Positions 1 to 13,620 of a stretch of DNA of 64,000 nt are shown in pieces. Under the pieces are notes generated by a model. The model made no database searches, was not told the DNA's origin, and saw nothing but the letters and a program-made list of their open reading frames with translations. This stretch comes from Zootoca vivipara (taxonomy: Eukaryota): assembly GCF_963506605.1 (NCBI RefSeq), contig NC_083278.1:20708001-20772000 (forward strand). The letters are read 5' to 3'. The translations under genes were made by a program, and so were the position numbers. Each line of letters begins with the position of its first letter. The first letter of the stretch is position 1.

Positions 1-21
1 TGGAGGTGGAGACGTTCCTTC

Positions 22-138
22 TGGTACCCTAAACATTTTGTGAATCTAGGTTTGGCCTCAATGAGGGGCAGTATTTCAATATGAGTAGGAAAATGAGAGT
101 ACCACTAAACATATTTTTTAAAAAAGAAAAAAGCGCTG
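22..138. mobile_element. Right-hand part of a non-autonomous DNA transposon (hAT-like MITE)
   Basis: Subterminal repeats 'gtaccc(c)taaacatttt' and 'gagtaccactaaacat', and a terminus 'aaaaaagcgctg' that resembles the CAGTGCTTTT TIR type also seen at 15102. Confidence 0.5.
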
Positions 139-1372
139 GCCGTACTCATAAATTAGGTTTGTCTATGAAGAGATGAGGGGGCTTGACTTTCCCTTCCTGG
201 CAAGACACTATCTTCAAGCTCTCTCCTAAGCCCCAATGGGTGGTGTCAGAGAATGGAACATGGGTATCCTATTTATCCAGCCACCCCCCCTCCACTAGGG
301 GGGAGGTGGACTTAAAACTGCCAATGATAAAAACATTGAAGCAAGATACCCCTCCCTTCCTTAATGAGAGCCTTCCCCAGAACCCAGACAACTTTGAGAG
401 AATCCAGCTGTTCCTGTGGTTTGGAGCATACTCCTGGGGAGCCCACAGTGGGAAAACAATACTCAAAAGTTCCAGGGAGGAAATGCACTGATTCAGCCAA
501 AAATACCTGGCTGGATGCCCAGGCAAGGTCCCAGGCCTGCCCACTTCCCAACTATTAAGGTGAAAATGTGCTTTGAATGCACTCCCCCAGAGTGGCTTTC
601 TGAAGGACCTGAAACTAATTTGTGGGCAGATGAAATCTCTTATCTCCTTCCTCTATTAAGGCTGGTGCTCCAAGGAGCAGAGGATAAGTCGAATAAATCT
701 TCTTCCACATGAGACAGATGAAAGAACATAGTTCTTGTGCATCTCACAGAGGTGCAGATTCTGTTTTCTCAATTGCCCATTGCTCTATCATTCAGTGCAG
801 CCAATTGGTGACAATGATGATTTGAATAAGAATGCTTAATGGATTTGCCCCTAGGATCTTTGCTCCAATGTACAAGTCTCTGCTTCTCATTAGTGTTCAG
901 TGAGCCATCTTGAGAGCAAAAGCCAACAAAATTAGGTCACATATTTTAATATATGCATTCATTTCAATCATAATCTTATATTTATGTAATATTTTAAAAC
1001 CACATCTCATTTTGCCACATTTTTAAGCCTTAAGGGTGCTCTATTTTCTGATCTTAAAAGGTTGTTTTTTTTAACCTGCTTAGGAACTCAACTTTGACCT
1101 ACCAGATTAGCTTTTACAGAGATGAACTCAGCCGACTATAGAGTTTGCTCCTTATAATTTTGAAGTCAATGACAAAACATCCAAAGATTACTTTTTATTG
1201 TTCTGGACAGCACTATTTTAAAAAGTGTAGTCAACTTTCCACAATGCTCCAAAGAATATGTCTGAAATAAGAGGAACCAGTAAAACCACAAATAATGTGT
1301 TTCAAACATGACAAAGAGAGGGGGATATCTGACCTCTTTCCTGGAGCAAAATACTCAGCAAATCTTGTGCTA

Positions 1373-1963
1373 AAAGGTAAAGGACCCCTGACAGTTAAGT
1401 CCAGTCTTGGACAACTCTGGGGTTGCGGCGCTCATCTCACTTTACAAGCCGAGGGAGCTGGCATTTGTCCGCAGACAGTTTTCCGGGTCATGTGGCCAGC
1501 ATGACTAAGCCGCTTCTGGTGCAACAGAACACCAAAACCTGAACAGCACACAGAAACATTGTTTACCTTTCCACCTATTTATCTACTTGCACTTTTGGAT
1601 GTGCTTTTGAACTGCTAGGTTGGCAGGAGCTGGGACCGAGCAATGGGAGCTCACCTCATCACGGGGATTCAAACCATCAACCTTCTGATCAGCCAGCCCA
1701 AGAGGCTCAGTGGTTTAGACCAGTGCTTCCCAACCTTTTTATCGCTGCGGACCAGTCAACGTTTGATCATTTTACCGCGGCCCGCTGAGGGGGGACGTTG
1801 ATTGTTTATATTTTATTTAGATTGTTTTGATTTAATAATTTTAATTTAATTGTATTTAAATGTTCCTTGGGCGGCCCGGTACCAATTGATCCACGGACCG
1901 GTACCGGTCCATGGCCCGGGGGTTGAGGACCACTGGTTTAGACCACAGCGCCACCTGCGTCCC
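1373..1963 (-). mobile_element. Full-length Sauria SINE interrupted by a hAT element
   Basis: (ACCTTT)n tail read as 'aaaggtaaagg', body 'ggtcatgtggccagcatgac', tRNA-like head 'ggattcaaacc...cacagcgccacctgcgtccc'. Flanking repeat tcttgtgcta at 1363-1372 and 1971-1980. Confidence 0.92.
1721..1935. mobile_element. Non-autonomous hAT (Charlie-type) DNA transposon nested in the Sauria SINE
   Basis: TIRs cagtgcttcccaacc / ggttgaggaccactg. Perfect 8-bp TSD gtttagac at 1713-1720 and 1936-1943. Confidence 0.9.
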
Positions 1964-2544
1964 TACTAAGTCTTGTGCTACTGCCACATTTTCTTCCCTG
2001 TACACATATAAGAAGATTGGGAAGGAATCCAAATTCCTGTGCACATCTTTCTTGCTTTACAACCTGATGGCTGCCATGTTCAGTGTATAGTGATTAAGGA
2101 AGCAATCCTAATTCCCATCCTGGAAGGAGCAGGACTGAATGAAGCAGTGAAGCCACTGCTTCACCCAATACCCTGATGCTTGTGCTGTCCAGGACAAAAG
2201 GTGGGAGGGCAGTTAAACTTCTGATTTTCTGCTGGCACAGAAGAAAGGCCCAGACCTGGCCCATTACTGTTAGTTGGGTATATGCTGGTTACTGTTGGCA
2301 GAGATACTGCTAGCATTAGCTTCTATTTACCTGTGCTTTTGACAGGTGGAATGGGGATGCTAGCAGCAGTGGAGGCCACCATCAGAGCTGGGCAGAGAGA
2401 TATCTGTGCTACGTCCAATTTTCCCCTCCCCACAGCACAATGGATTAGGGTTACTATTTGTCTGTCCAATTTTCAGTTACAAATTTCCCTCTGACTATCT
2501 TGCATAAATAATACTAACCAGCCAGGTAAGTAGTACTGTTGTTA

Positions 2545-2790
2545 TTTAGTTGCTTTACTCACAAATGTTACCCAAAGTGACTTATAACACAGTATAAACA
2601 CTAAAACCAATTACAACAAACAAACAAACAAACAAACAAACCAATAAAAACCTAAAATGCATGTCTAAGAAAACCTAAGAGGGTCCTTGATATCCTTCAA
2701 ATTAAAGATGAAAAGCCCAGGTAAAAATGGAAGCTTTTGCCTGCAACCTCAAAGCAGATAAAGATGGTGCCTGGGGAGATCATTCCACAA
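2545..2790 (-). mobile_element. Degraded L2-type LINE 3' end with (AAAC)n
   Basis: Resembles the reversed squamate L2 3' end ('cccaaagtgacttata', 'gcttttgcctgcaacctcaaag', 'ggggagatcattccacaa'). Recognition only. Confidence 0.45.
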
Positions 2791-4030
2791 TGCTTCATTA
2801 ACCTATGCTGTGTTTTACTGATACTCTATTTTCCTTTGGTCTGAAGACCATGGTCTATCAGCTGAATAAGATTTTGTCAACTTCGTTTTTTAAAGTAAGT
2901 ATAAGGTAATATCTTTCAGCACTCTCTGGGTCAGGCAATTAAACAACTTCAGAATTTTCCATCACGTTGGAACTACATGCTGTACTGAATGCATTTCAAA
3001 AGAGGTCAATTTTAAAATAAAATCTAATTATGTTCTGTTATAGTAGGGTGCACATTTTAAAATTATTATAATCAACTTGCTTTTTCCTTTGGAGCTTGAT
3101 AACCGAAATATCAAGTTTTACTTTAAACTAGGTGTCGGAAGTCTAAACCTAGGATAAATTAATATTCATATTTTATTTCATTTTTAAAATAAAGCTCTCT
3201 CTCTGTGTTAGAAGGGGTGGCATCAGATTTGTGTTGATTCAGATGCATTGCAGTTTTCACAGAATGATTCCAGCTGAAGTTCTGAAATACAGCAGACTGT
3301 TAGTACATAATGAGACAAATACTGAAGGCTATTTTTAAAAAAGTGATTAAAACAGCTGAGAAAGAGACTTGAAAAAGAGTTGCCATCCTTGATGATGTCA
3401 ATCATCTGTATTCTATGGAAGAATATTTTACATTCCATTGAGAGCAATTTTTAACTAAAAATCAGCACTTTTCTTAAACTGTATAATGTTGGTGGCTGAA
3501 TTTAGTCCTGGGCATGTAGTCTCCACCTGCTTCAATCTCTTTCTCATGCTTTCACTAAAGAATGGAAGTATGAAAAATAGTTGAATTAAATATCTTAATT
3601 GCCATGACATGACATCAGAAAAAACTTGAGAGTAGCAAAGTGGCTATAAAAATCTGTCTTCTTAAACAATTCTCTAAGACAGTTTGTTGAAGCCCCAAAG
3701 AAATAAAAGAGCTTCATGTAACTTTCTAGTGTGAAATAATGAACCTATATGAAATAAAGGCACTATCAGAGAGAGAACGTTGAGGAGTATACTACAGAGA
3801 AATATTGCTGTTTGTAAATATCCTGAATCACTTTAGGATTATTTTGTTGAAATGCGAGTTATAAATATTTGAAATAAACTAAACTTGTTTCAAAGTTTTT
3901 GTTATGTTAGTAGTTTCACTCTTCATTTTTCTATTGAAATGGAAAAGAAGACACATATGTTTTTAAAATAAAAATCAATCAGGTAAGCAAGGCAGCTTAC
4001 CTTTGAGTAGGCAAGCATAGTACTGCAGTC

Positions 4031-4111
4031 AAGAAGAAGAAGAAGAAGAAGAAGAAGAAGAAGAAGAAGAAGAAGAAGAAGAAGAAGAAGAAGAAGAAGA
4101 AGAAGAAGAAG
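4031..4111. repeat. (AAG)27 microsatellite, the expanded (CTT)n tail of the adjacent SINE
   Basis: Pure AAG run directly abutting the SINE 3' end. Confidence 0.95.
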
Positions 4112-4362
4112 GAGAGGAGTAGTAGTAGTTTGGATTTGATATCCCGCTTAATCACTACCCGAAGGAGTCTCAAAATGGCTAACATTCTCCTTTCCCTTCC
4201 TCCCCCACAACAAACACTCTGTGAGGTGCGTGGGGCTGAGAGACTTCAAAGAAGTGTGACTTGTGCAAGGTCACCCAGCAGCTGCATGTTGAGGAGCAGA
4301 GACGGGAACCCGATTCACCAGATTACGAGTCTACCACTCTTAACCACTACACCACACTGGCT
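4112..4362 (-). mobile_element. tRNA-derived SINE with L2-type 3' end (Squam3-like)
   Basis: Minus-strand head 'agccagtgtggtgtagtggttaagagtggtagactcgtaatctggtgaatcgggttccc' (A and B boxes), core 'gggtgacctt', tail 'ttagccattttgagactcc...agcgggatatcaaatcc'. Confidence 0.85.
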
Positions 4363-4630
4363 CATGAAGGCATGAGCTCTAGTGAACAGAATGGGGCTCA
4401 TCTCAGTAAATATACATCCCATTGTACTGTTAGGGATGCTCTTAGACCACCCACCTGTCATAAACAGCAGCTTGATCATCAAAGGCTTTTTTCTTGGAAC
4501 TCCTCTGATGTTGCTCCTGATCAGGAATACCTAATTTTCCCTTTAGGCAAAATTTGGTGGTAAGTTTACTCAGTTGTAAAGTCGTACAGCGACAGATGAG
4601 TGGCAATGATCAAACTGGAAAGATATAATA

Positions 4631-4777
4631 GGTAAAGGGACCCCTGACCATTAGGTCCAGTCGTGACCGACTCTGGGGTTGCGTGCTCATCTCGCATTAT
4701 TGGCCGAGGGAGCCGGCGTACAGCTTCCAGGTCATGTGGCCAGCATGACAAAGCCGCTTCTGGCAAACCAGAGCAGC
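4631..4777 (-). mobile_element. 5'-truncated Sauria SINE
   Basis: 3' part of the SINE only. 10-bp TSD agatataata at 4621-4630 and 4778-4787. Confidence 0.9.
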
Positions 4778-6584
4778 AGATATAATAAATAAATAAATAA
4801 ATAAAGATATAATAAATGAGTATAAATCTCTCCCAACACCTCTGTGTTATACTACACACAGTATCACTGTGATAAACACAGCTGAAATGCAATATATATA
4901 CACAATGTTTTTCCACATTGTGGAAATTTATTTACTACAATGCCTCTGGCATTGCATTGCTTTTTATGAATTTCAGTGTGTTAGCAGAAGAGCAGTAAGG
5001 CGGCATAACTGAATAAGTGTTTATTTCCAGTGATTGAGTATTTCCTTGCCTTTGCTCTCTGAGTAAGTTTAAATTCCCCAGTCTAGGTCAAGGTTTAGGA
5101 GTGCTTTGTTTCTTAGACTACGTACTGGGTATAATGAAAGCCGTACTCTCTTAATGATAAATAGGAAAGACGTGGTTCTGCAGCATGGTGTAGTACTCTG
5201 TCAGCTCAGCTGTGAGTTGTATTGCTTTTGTGCTGAGAACAAAGTCCCATTGAACAGAACTGAAAATGGTATTCTCAAAATAGTAATAGGTAAGACCAGC
5301 AGTGCTGCCGATATGTTTTCCCTTGAGGGAGTTTAACTGACTGGCTCAGGAGTCAGTAGCGAAGCAGTTAATGATGTAGCTGAATGTGAGAGTGCTGGCG
5401 CAAAGCCTTTACACAGCCTTTCACTTAGACCTTTCACCCTGGCTTTACAGAGACGAATTACAGCTGATATGGTAGCGTGCTGTTCTGTCTCCAGCCTATC
5501 TCTTGATAGCTAGCTGATGTAGTTGTGAAGCATACTGCTTATTGTCAGGCTGTATGCTCACTGACTGAAATCAGTTTATATTGTGGTGATGGTGGTAGAT
5601 TAGTTCTTTATGCAACGCCTGGATCTAAAAGTGGTGGATTGAATCACAGAATAGCTAAACAGAACAATTTAGAACTAGACTGCTTTGTTGCACAGAAATG
5701 GAAAGTCAACGTGTGAGGAGACCAGCAGCAAACACCTTAACATAGAAATATAAGTTTTGCTGAATGCACACACACACAAGTCCGGCAGTTGTTAGCAAGC
5801 TCACTAAATTCTACAAGTGCGCACACAAATGTAGGCAGATATGCACACACTTGTTTCTCTTGTGAGGACACAATATTTTACCCTTCTCAATGATGTTGCT
5901 CAAGTTGGCTCTTTGTCATTGAAAACAATCAACTCAAAAAAGGGCTAGCCAATCTCATCCCTTACTTTTGTTGCCTTGGGACTGACTCATATGCCCCTTT
6001 TTGGAAGTGACAAAGTATTGCGTCTACTTTTGCACAGTGATATGTTGTTTGAGTGTGCCCTCATGTGGTAAGAGGTAGTATAGGCCATGTTAGAGCAAGA
6101 CTAATTCTTCAGTGATGTAGTCTGCCATAGTTAATAGAAGGAAAGGGAAAGAGTCAAACTATGATACAGTGGCATCATATAAAACCGATTTTTTGGCGGA
6201 GGGATCACATTACGGTAACTTTCTTACATATAAAAATAATGCAAATACGTGTCTCAGGTTGTCAGAATATTTACAGTATCTGCTTAGCTTTGCAAAATAG
6301 CACCAACTTCCACAGTGATTGGTTGTACATTAGCTTCCTCCAAACAATTATTATATTTACGTTCCTGTTACGAATTTAAGCACATAGCCATGCAAAATTC
6401 TATACAGTACATATATCAGTATGATCTTAAGTCTTGAAGTCAGTTGTCTTTAGAAAGCTTGGTGTGACATATATGGGGGACCCTGAGCTCTCCAATCCCA
6501 GCACTGATGACTACATTAAGCATAAATAATGATACATCAGGCACTCCCAGGCTGTTCACATGTTGATTGTTTAGATCACGGTGG

Positions 6585-6695
6585 GGGGAACACCAGATGT
6601 TGTTGGTATCCAACCATCCAACACAGCCAGTATAGCAATTGGTCAGAGATGATGGGAGTTGTAGTCCAAAAACCTTTAGAGAACCACACATTTCA
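6585..6695. mobile_element. Degraded palindromic hAT MITE ('gatgggagttgtagtcc' family)
   Basis: 'ccagatgttgttgg...gatgatgggagttgtagtccaaaaac', similar to the intact copy at 43386. Confidence 0.65.
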
Positions 6696-7944
6696 TTGTG
6701 CCTTACTCCCAGTATTTTCACTCTAGTCTAGTCCAAGGCTAGGTATGCACTAGATTGTGCTCACCATTTCTGCAATGGTCTTTATAAACATTCTTTTCCC
6801 TATTTGCTTTTAGAAGGTAGTGAATTGAATTCTCAAGTGTTATCTATCACTGAAGCAGTCGTTTTCATTCTGTTCAACATCTTTTGCAAAGGCAAGAAAG
6901 CATGTATGTTTATAGGGACAATAATATTCAGAATTCTACCTACCCACTCATGAATGGTTTGGAACATTTACTATTTAATAACCCTCATGATTCCCTCAAA
7001 GTGCCAAAATGTAAAATAAAAAAAATTTCTGACTGTATAGATGACCTGAATTCCAGTGACTATGCAGTCAGAATAGGAGTCATCATTTGCCCTCTAATAA
7101 ATATTAAGAGAACTTGGGATGTGATCCTATATCCATTTACCTGGGAACAAGGTATATTAAACTCACAGAAACTTTATTTCTGAGTAGACATTTGTGGGAT
7201 ATTTATACTTGCATAAGCACTTTTCAGATAAGCTACAAATGCTATTTACAGAAATGTGCACAAAAACTTGAGATAAGGAACCTTTTCATCATCATCAAGC
7301 ACCACAACAACAAATTAGCTACAGTAAGATCATGGTGTTCTCTGATATCTTCACAAAGTGAATTAAAAATGTACATAATCTTTCATAAAAATTGAGAAAC
7401 TAGTAGGAAGCCTGGTTCAATTGTCAGTCTGTCTGCTTTCCTTGCATATCATTTTTTAAGCATTGAAAACCTGCAGCCCCAACCTGATAGGAAATCTGAA
7501 TCCATTCTGCAGCATCTTCCAGTGGTCTCTACACAGACCTGCATAAGCTAAAGTGTAAAATGCTCCAGGGATTACTCCGACCCACACCCCAGTTCCACTT
7601 TATATAGCACTTACACAGCTCCTACATCGATGTCATAAATTTAACAGTTTAGTATAACATAACTCCAACGTCTTTGAATTGGTAGTGGCAGTTAGATTAC
7701 TATTTATAACAGCTGCAGGCACGGAGCCATTAAGGTGTCATATTCCTAGCATCCTAATATGACATAATACTAACCTTTTTAAGCTTGGCTGCGGAAACAG
7801 CATAGTTCCCCAAGAGCCTATCTACTATGAGTGCATCATTTCTTGCATTTGAGTCATTTTGAACTCAAGAGAAACCAGGCCAATATAAAGCAAATGAAAA
7901 ACAAAGTTAAGATAGAGTGAGGCACTAAAACTCATTAATAAAGG

Positions 7945-7945
7945 T

Positions 7946-7990
<45 letters not shown>
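7945..7990. repeat. (GT)n microsatellite
   Basis: Direct reading. Confidence 0.95.
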
Positions 7991-7993
<3 letters not shown>

Positions 7994-8605
7994 ACTATTA
8001 CTTGAACAGCTTTTGTTGGTTTTTTGTGATTGTTGATACCTTTTTAAACGTTTCTGTAAGCTTCTGTGGATTCCTTTTTATAAAGAAAAATGGCATATCC
8101 ATTTTAATACATAATAAAATGTGGCATGTTTTTTTAAAATAAAAATAAAAAAAATAAATGACATTCTCATAGGATGCTTTAGTCTTACTTGTGCAGTGTG
8201 TGAAATATTAGCTTGAAGACACAATCCACCCTAATAGGCACATCATTCTTTGGGACTAAATAGAGCTCACTTCCTTTCCCTCACTGGATAATTTGCACCC
8301 AGAGCTGAAATGGCTTTCTCATATCAAAACAGAGGATTTGTATGGGAATGCGTTTGTGGGTATGTGTGTGAATAGTTCTATTTTGTGGACAATAATTTGC
8401 ATGAGGCTTTTCAGATATCTAAACCAAGCAAATAAAATGGTCCATTAACCCACTGAAAACAAAATTCTGCATTAAAAGTACTTTTCTTCTCTGTGGATTG
8501 GTTGTGTAAGTCTGTAAAAGTCTAGCCAGCGAAAATTCTGCCTTGTGGTGCAGATTTGGACTAAGTGGCTTTTAAATCTTTTCCATTTTTCTGGTACTAA
8601 AAGGG

Positions 8606-8957
8606 TAAAAAGGTAAAGGGCCCCCTGACCATTAGGTCCAGTCGTGACCGACTCTGGGGTTGCGCGCTCATCTCGCATTATTGGCCGAGGGAGCCGGCGT
8701 ATAGTTTCCAGGTCATGTGGCCAGCATGACAAAGCCGCTTCTGGCAAACCAGAGCAGCACATGGAAACGCCGTTTACCTTCCCGCTGTAGCGGTTCCTAT
8801 TTATCTACTTGCATTTTGACATGCTTTCGAACTGCTAGGTTGGCAGGAGCTGGGACCAAGCAACGGGAGCTCACCCCGTCACAGGGATTCGAACCACCAA
8901 CCTTCTGATCGGCAAGCCCTAGGCTCAGTGGTTTAACCACAGCGCCACCTGGGTCCC
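8606..8957 (-). mobile_element. Full-length Sauria SINE
   Basis: Complete head-to-tail copy. 11-bp TSD tactaaaaggg at 8595-8605 and 8958-8968. Confidence 0.95.
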
Positions 8958-11900
8958 TACTAAAAGGGATGACACCCTTAAAAAAAACTGGTAGTTAGTG
9001 TCACACCAAATTTAGCATTCAATATTGGTGCCAGCAATATCTGTAGAAGCCTACTGCTAAAACAAACACCTTGACCTGGTAACTTTGGGCAAGTGTGGAA
9101 CAAGGATAAAGAATTTGCGATTCATCAAGCTAAAAGACACTCACACGTCACTGCCATGTACTGTGGCCTCCCACATAGGCTGTGAACACACTGCCATTTA
9201 TATTCAGTCTGCTCACACAGTTGGTTTAGGAAGTGGTGTACACACAACATTAGCTACAATCCATATGTATCCTGTTTCTTTTCTGCCATCTCTTATGAAA
9301 CACTACATTTTGTTCCAGTTTCCCCCAAACCAGTTTCAATCGAAACAGAGAAAAATGAATCACATAGCTTTGTTTTAAGCCAATACATTGCGCACAACTT
9401 TGGTTGACCCGGTTTTGTGGTTCCAGGCAGCAAGCATAACCAGAAGGCATACTGAGTCTTGTTGGGCTGCCATGTTTCGATATTGTAGTCTGTATTGGGA
9501 AACTTGAAAAAGAATGGTTCAAGCAAATACTACAGATGAATTGTTATGGGCACAATCCTATTGTTCTATGGAGCATGTGCCAGGGGCCAGAGGATATTCT
9601 AAGGGTGTTCCATCATTGGAGAGGGAGATGCAGTATCACAAGCCTCCTCTGTGAGGTGCTCAGCTGGTGCTACTCCAATGTTCAAAAGGACTAAAAGGAG
9701 TGCTAGTGCATGTCAGGGGTGCCTCAAGGAAAAAATTCCACCTGTAGAATAAAATCCTTACTTTGTAGGGGATGGAGGTTATGAGTGGAAGAGGGGGGAC
9801 AACAACATCCTCCCCATCCTGTTTGCAAGAGACTAGCAGGACTTTGAATTTTGTGGTTTGTCCACCCAGTAGGATTGCTCTGTTAAAGCACCCCCCCATT
9901 TCCTTTAGCAGAAAAGGCTCCCATGGGGGCTTATAAAGATTAGTGGTAAGGCAGTCCATATCCTCGAGCTTACTGTCTAAAATGCATGATGTATAAGGGA
10001 TGGAAAAGGAAGAGCAAAAATAGGCACCAGACTATCTGGGACTCTGCTCACTGGTGGGATTTACACTGCACGCTGTTGTGTTCCACTTGAATCCAAAAGG
10101 TTTGCCAGACAGAGTCAGAAACGAGAGCTGGTACAAATGTTAGGGCAGCTGGCTAGCCCAAAGCATGTGTGGATAGAGTATGTGTGGAATGACCTCGTTC
10201 TAATGTGTGTCACATGGGGTCATAGTTATTCCTCTGATTAGGAAAAAGAAACACAAGTAGAAATTCTTACAATCCTGAAAGGGGAGGCACATTATTTTTA
10301 ATGAACCCCCTCCTCCAGACTACATACAAGTAGACCATCTGCATGAACCATAATTTGTACTGCTAACCTAGCTCTGAAGCTGCTTTGTGCATGAGAAACA
10401 GGCACAGTTATCATGCACAATGAAAACAACTCCAGCCAGCGCTGGAGGGCACTAAGCTAGAGCAAAGGAAGGATGAATTTGCATGGGCTATCGCATTTCC
10501 TTCGAAGAGCCAACCTGCATCAAACACGAGTGTACTTGACAATGTAATTTGGCATGTATTGTATTAGCAGGCACTGTCAGGAAGTTATTCAGCATCTAAA
10601 GGCTAGGGATGATCCAAGCAGAAGGTAGCACAGTGGGTGTCCTCCAGCCCAGTAGCTATAGCAAGTGGTCTTCGGCATTGAACATCTGAGTGGGCCTGAG
10701 AGAAGCACTGAAAACCATGTATTGTTGGATGCATGTGATGAGTAGCTGGCATTGGGCCCTGATGTGAAGTGTGTGTGTGGGGGGGGAGCAATTTTGTCCA
10801 TTTCCAAGACCAAGAGCAAAATCAAACAATTAAAAAATCTCCTGCTGCCTTGCTCACTGGTTGACTATTGGTGATGGGCTCCTACTGTCTTCTCCATCTG
10901 CTTTGAATTTGTTTCCAAAGTTCATTCTCTCGTGTATTGATTTTGTAGATGAAAACTTTACATATCTGAACTTTGATGTTTTCAGTCTTTTTGGTTATAT
11001 CTTTTTGCAGTTAGCACATGTGAAATAGTGTGAAGATTAGGTTTTATGTGGTAAATTGACTGTCCAAAATTTTGATGTTCTTAAATAGTGATTAGGCTGA
11101 TAAAACTAAATCTATATCATGGAAAGTATCCATTTAGTTATTCTGGACCTAGTATATTTTTGACTTGGTACCCAAAATGCAGTATAGAAAGTGAATCGGA
11201 ACTATTTTGAAATCCAGTGTTCATTATAGCTAACACAGATTTTGCTTTCAATTTAGAAAAGCAAAAACCAAATAAGTATCTCTTGTGATTTATTCACAGA
11301 AAGTAGAATTAACAGTGAATTAATTATAATTTGTACAAGAAAAACTATGTGTTGTCAAAAAGGTTAACATGCTCATTTTTACAGATACACAGTTATGGTG
11401 CCATAGATGGAATGAGACTGGACTGAGGTTAAACCAGTCAAATGTTTGTTCCATTGTGCACTTGGAAACTCAGCTCATGTTAATTATATTGCTATCTGCT
11501 GGCTTTTTGACACTGCAACATTGATAAATCAGCTCACATGATCACCATACCAACTTGGCTATTTGATGTAGCCGCAATTGGCTTGTAGTGTGAACAAGTT
11601 CACACAGCCACTAACTTCTGATAGCTACTTTAAATTATGCACATGAGCCTTCATTCTATGGCTACCTGCTCACATATTTTCGTTTAGTTAAGCTTATTAT
11701 ATTTATATACCACTGTACACATCCAGAGGCATCCCAAAGTGATTTAGAATAATAATGAAAAACATTTTAAAAGCCAGTTAAACAAACAAATAAATAAAAA
11801 CACATTTTTTAAAAAAACAACAGTAAAATATATATAAAATACTACAAATATTCATCCAAAGAAAATGTTGTCTAAAGCAGCACAAAATATTTTGGTTTTT

Positions 11901-12499
11901 CTTAATTGCAACCGTTATTGACCAGAGCTGACTAATTTCAGCCCAGTTCACCAGGAAAGAAACCTGGTGGTATGTTAGGAAGGAACAGGCTGCACATTCT
12001 CAAAAACTGCTGTGTTTCATAACTGAACTTATCAAAATTGCTCTATGTCACACTGAGATAAGCAGACACTGCATGCCGCTTCAAGATTGCATATCCTTTA
12101 CCATACCAGAGGAACATGCAAGACATCTCTTGATCACACTTCCCCTGAATCCACAAAGGTGAGGTTAAGATGTTAAACAACTGTCCAGCATAGTTTCCAG
12201 AAAGATTGTGTCTGCTTCTCAACTCTTTACATACCCAGACAAAGTGACAATTGCCTTAAGTACCCATCTTTGAAGGTGGCTGAAGTATATGACACTTGCA
12301 TATGCTGTTCCATGTCAACTTTCCATTGGTTAAGTGATCTCCAGCTTTTCAGCCATCCAACCCCCACAACATGAGCCTATCTCTCAGGTTAATATTCCCA
12401 GAGGCTGCGGGCATCTCTGTGCAGTGGTGGCAAAATCCTTGAACGTTAGTGCTGTGAGCTGCACTTCACCCACCTAGCAGAGTTATTGTACACCATGGG

Positions 12500-12690
12500 A
12501 CCTATGAGAATCTAACTTATAAAGCTGCCTTTCCAGGTCAGAGCATTGATACATCTTGCCCAGTATTTAGCCAAGATTGGCAAGCAGATTTCTCACAGTT
12601 TTGAGCAAAGTTTTCCAAGCTCTGCTTTTTAAGATCCTTAAATGGGAGGTATCAAGGATGGAGCCTCGGCTGCTTTTTGCCCCTCTTTTT
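12500..12690 (-). mobile_element. Old degraded squamate SINE
   Basis: 'aagctgcctttccaggtcagagcattgatacatcttgcccagtatt' is the reverse of the family seen at 31203. Confidence 0.45.
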
Positions 12691-13001
12691 GCAACATGTA
12701 AATAGTGCAGTCATCTCCCAAAGGCCCCTTCAACACCAGGGACTAATCATAACTCAGCAAAAAGATCTGACACAGCAACTTGAGCTCTTTTGCATTGTCT
12801 TTTCAGTTGCTATTCATTTGTTTCATTAACTTACAATGGAATTCACTGAGTATTTTTAATTCTCTTGGGTTTGGTATCTCTAAACACTTAGAAGAACTAA
12901 TTTAATTTACTCATATTTTCTAAACTATTGATACTCGTGATAAAACAGAGAAACTAAATAGGCTTTTTTATAAGTACTTCAGAGCATTCTGGTATTCAGT
13001 G

Positions 13002-13302
13002 CAGGGGCGGAGGAAGGAGGGTGGGGGTGGGGGGTGGGGTGGGCCACCCCGGGTGTCACCACTGAGAGGCATGACAAAATGCCGGGTGGCACTCACTGCA
13101 GGGCCTGCAGTGGGCTCAAGCCACGTGTCTCTCCCAGGAGAGGCCCACTGCCTCCCCGTCCCCCAGCTGTAGGGTGGCTGAGTGGGAGGAAGCAGACAGA
13201 CTCTTTGGAGGCTCCGCGGAGCATCCTGCCCCAGCTGGCCCTGCCCCTGGGCGCAGGATACGCACGCTGCCCCAGGCTCCTGATCAGCTTGCTCCGCCAC
13301 TG
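13002..13302. mobile_element. GC-rich non-autonomous hAT DNA transposon
   Basis: TIRs caggggcggaggaag / cttgctccgccactg. Perfect 8-bp TSD attcagtg at 12994-13001 and 13303-13310. Confidence 0.9.
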
Positions 13303-13504
13303 ATTCAGTGCACTTGTAGTAAGCTCAATATATCTATTTAGTGGCACATGGTTATTTATTTAATTATTTGGCACATGGTTAACCATATAGGGCTTTTGTT
13401 TCCTTGTTTTGGTATCAACATATGGTGTCCTACTTCTTACTTTTTCAAAATAGTAGAGAACAGAGGTCGTGGTCCAAGGCATCAGTAAGTCTAACAAGCT
13501 TAGC

Positions 13505-13620
13505 AGTTGCTTTTATTTTGATTATGTATTTTGTGGTTTTATATTTTGATTTTATTCTGTGAAACCCCCGAGACCTGTGGATATAGGGTGGTATATAAAT
13601 TCAACCAACCAACCAACCAA
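13505..13620 (+). mobile_element. L2-type LINE 3' terminus with (AACC)n tail
   Basis: T-rich UTR, then 'tgtgaaacccccgagacc...gggtggtatataaat' stem-loop and a short tandem tail. Confidence 0.55.

Noticed and set aside
3997-4185. Poly-Phe ORF
   Set aside because: Translation of the (AAG)n microsatellite.
4290-4362. tRNA gene
   Set aside because: This is the tRNA-derived head of a SINE, with no complete cloverleaf. The same applies to the Sauria SINE heads and 57278.
8717-8908. Identical 63-aa ORFs at 8717 and 54718 as duplicated genes
   Set aside because: Both are antisense frames within closely related Sauria SINE copies.
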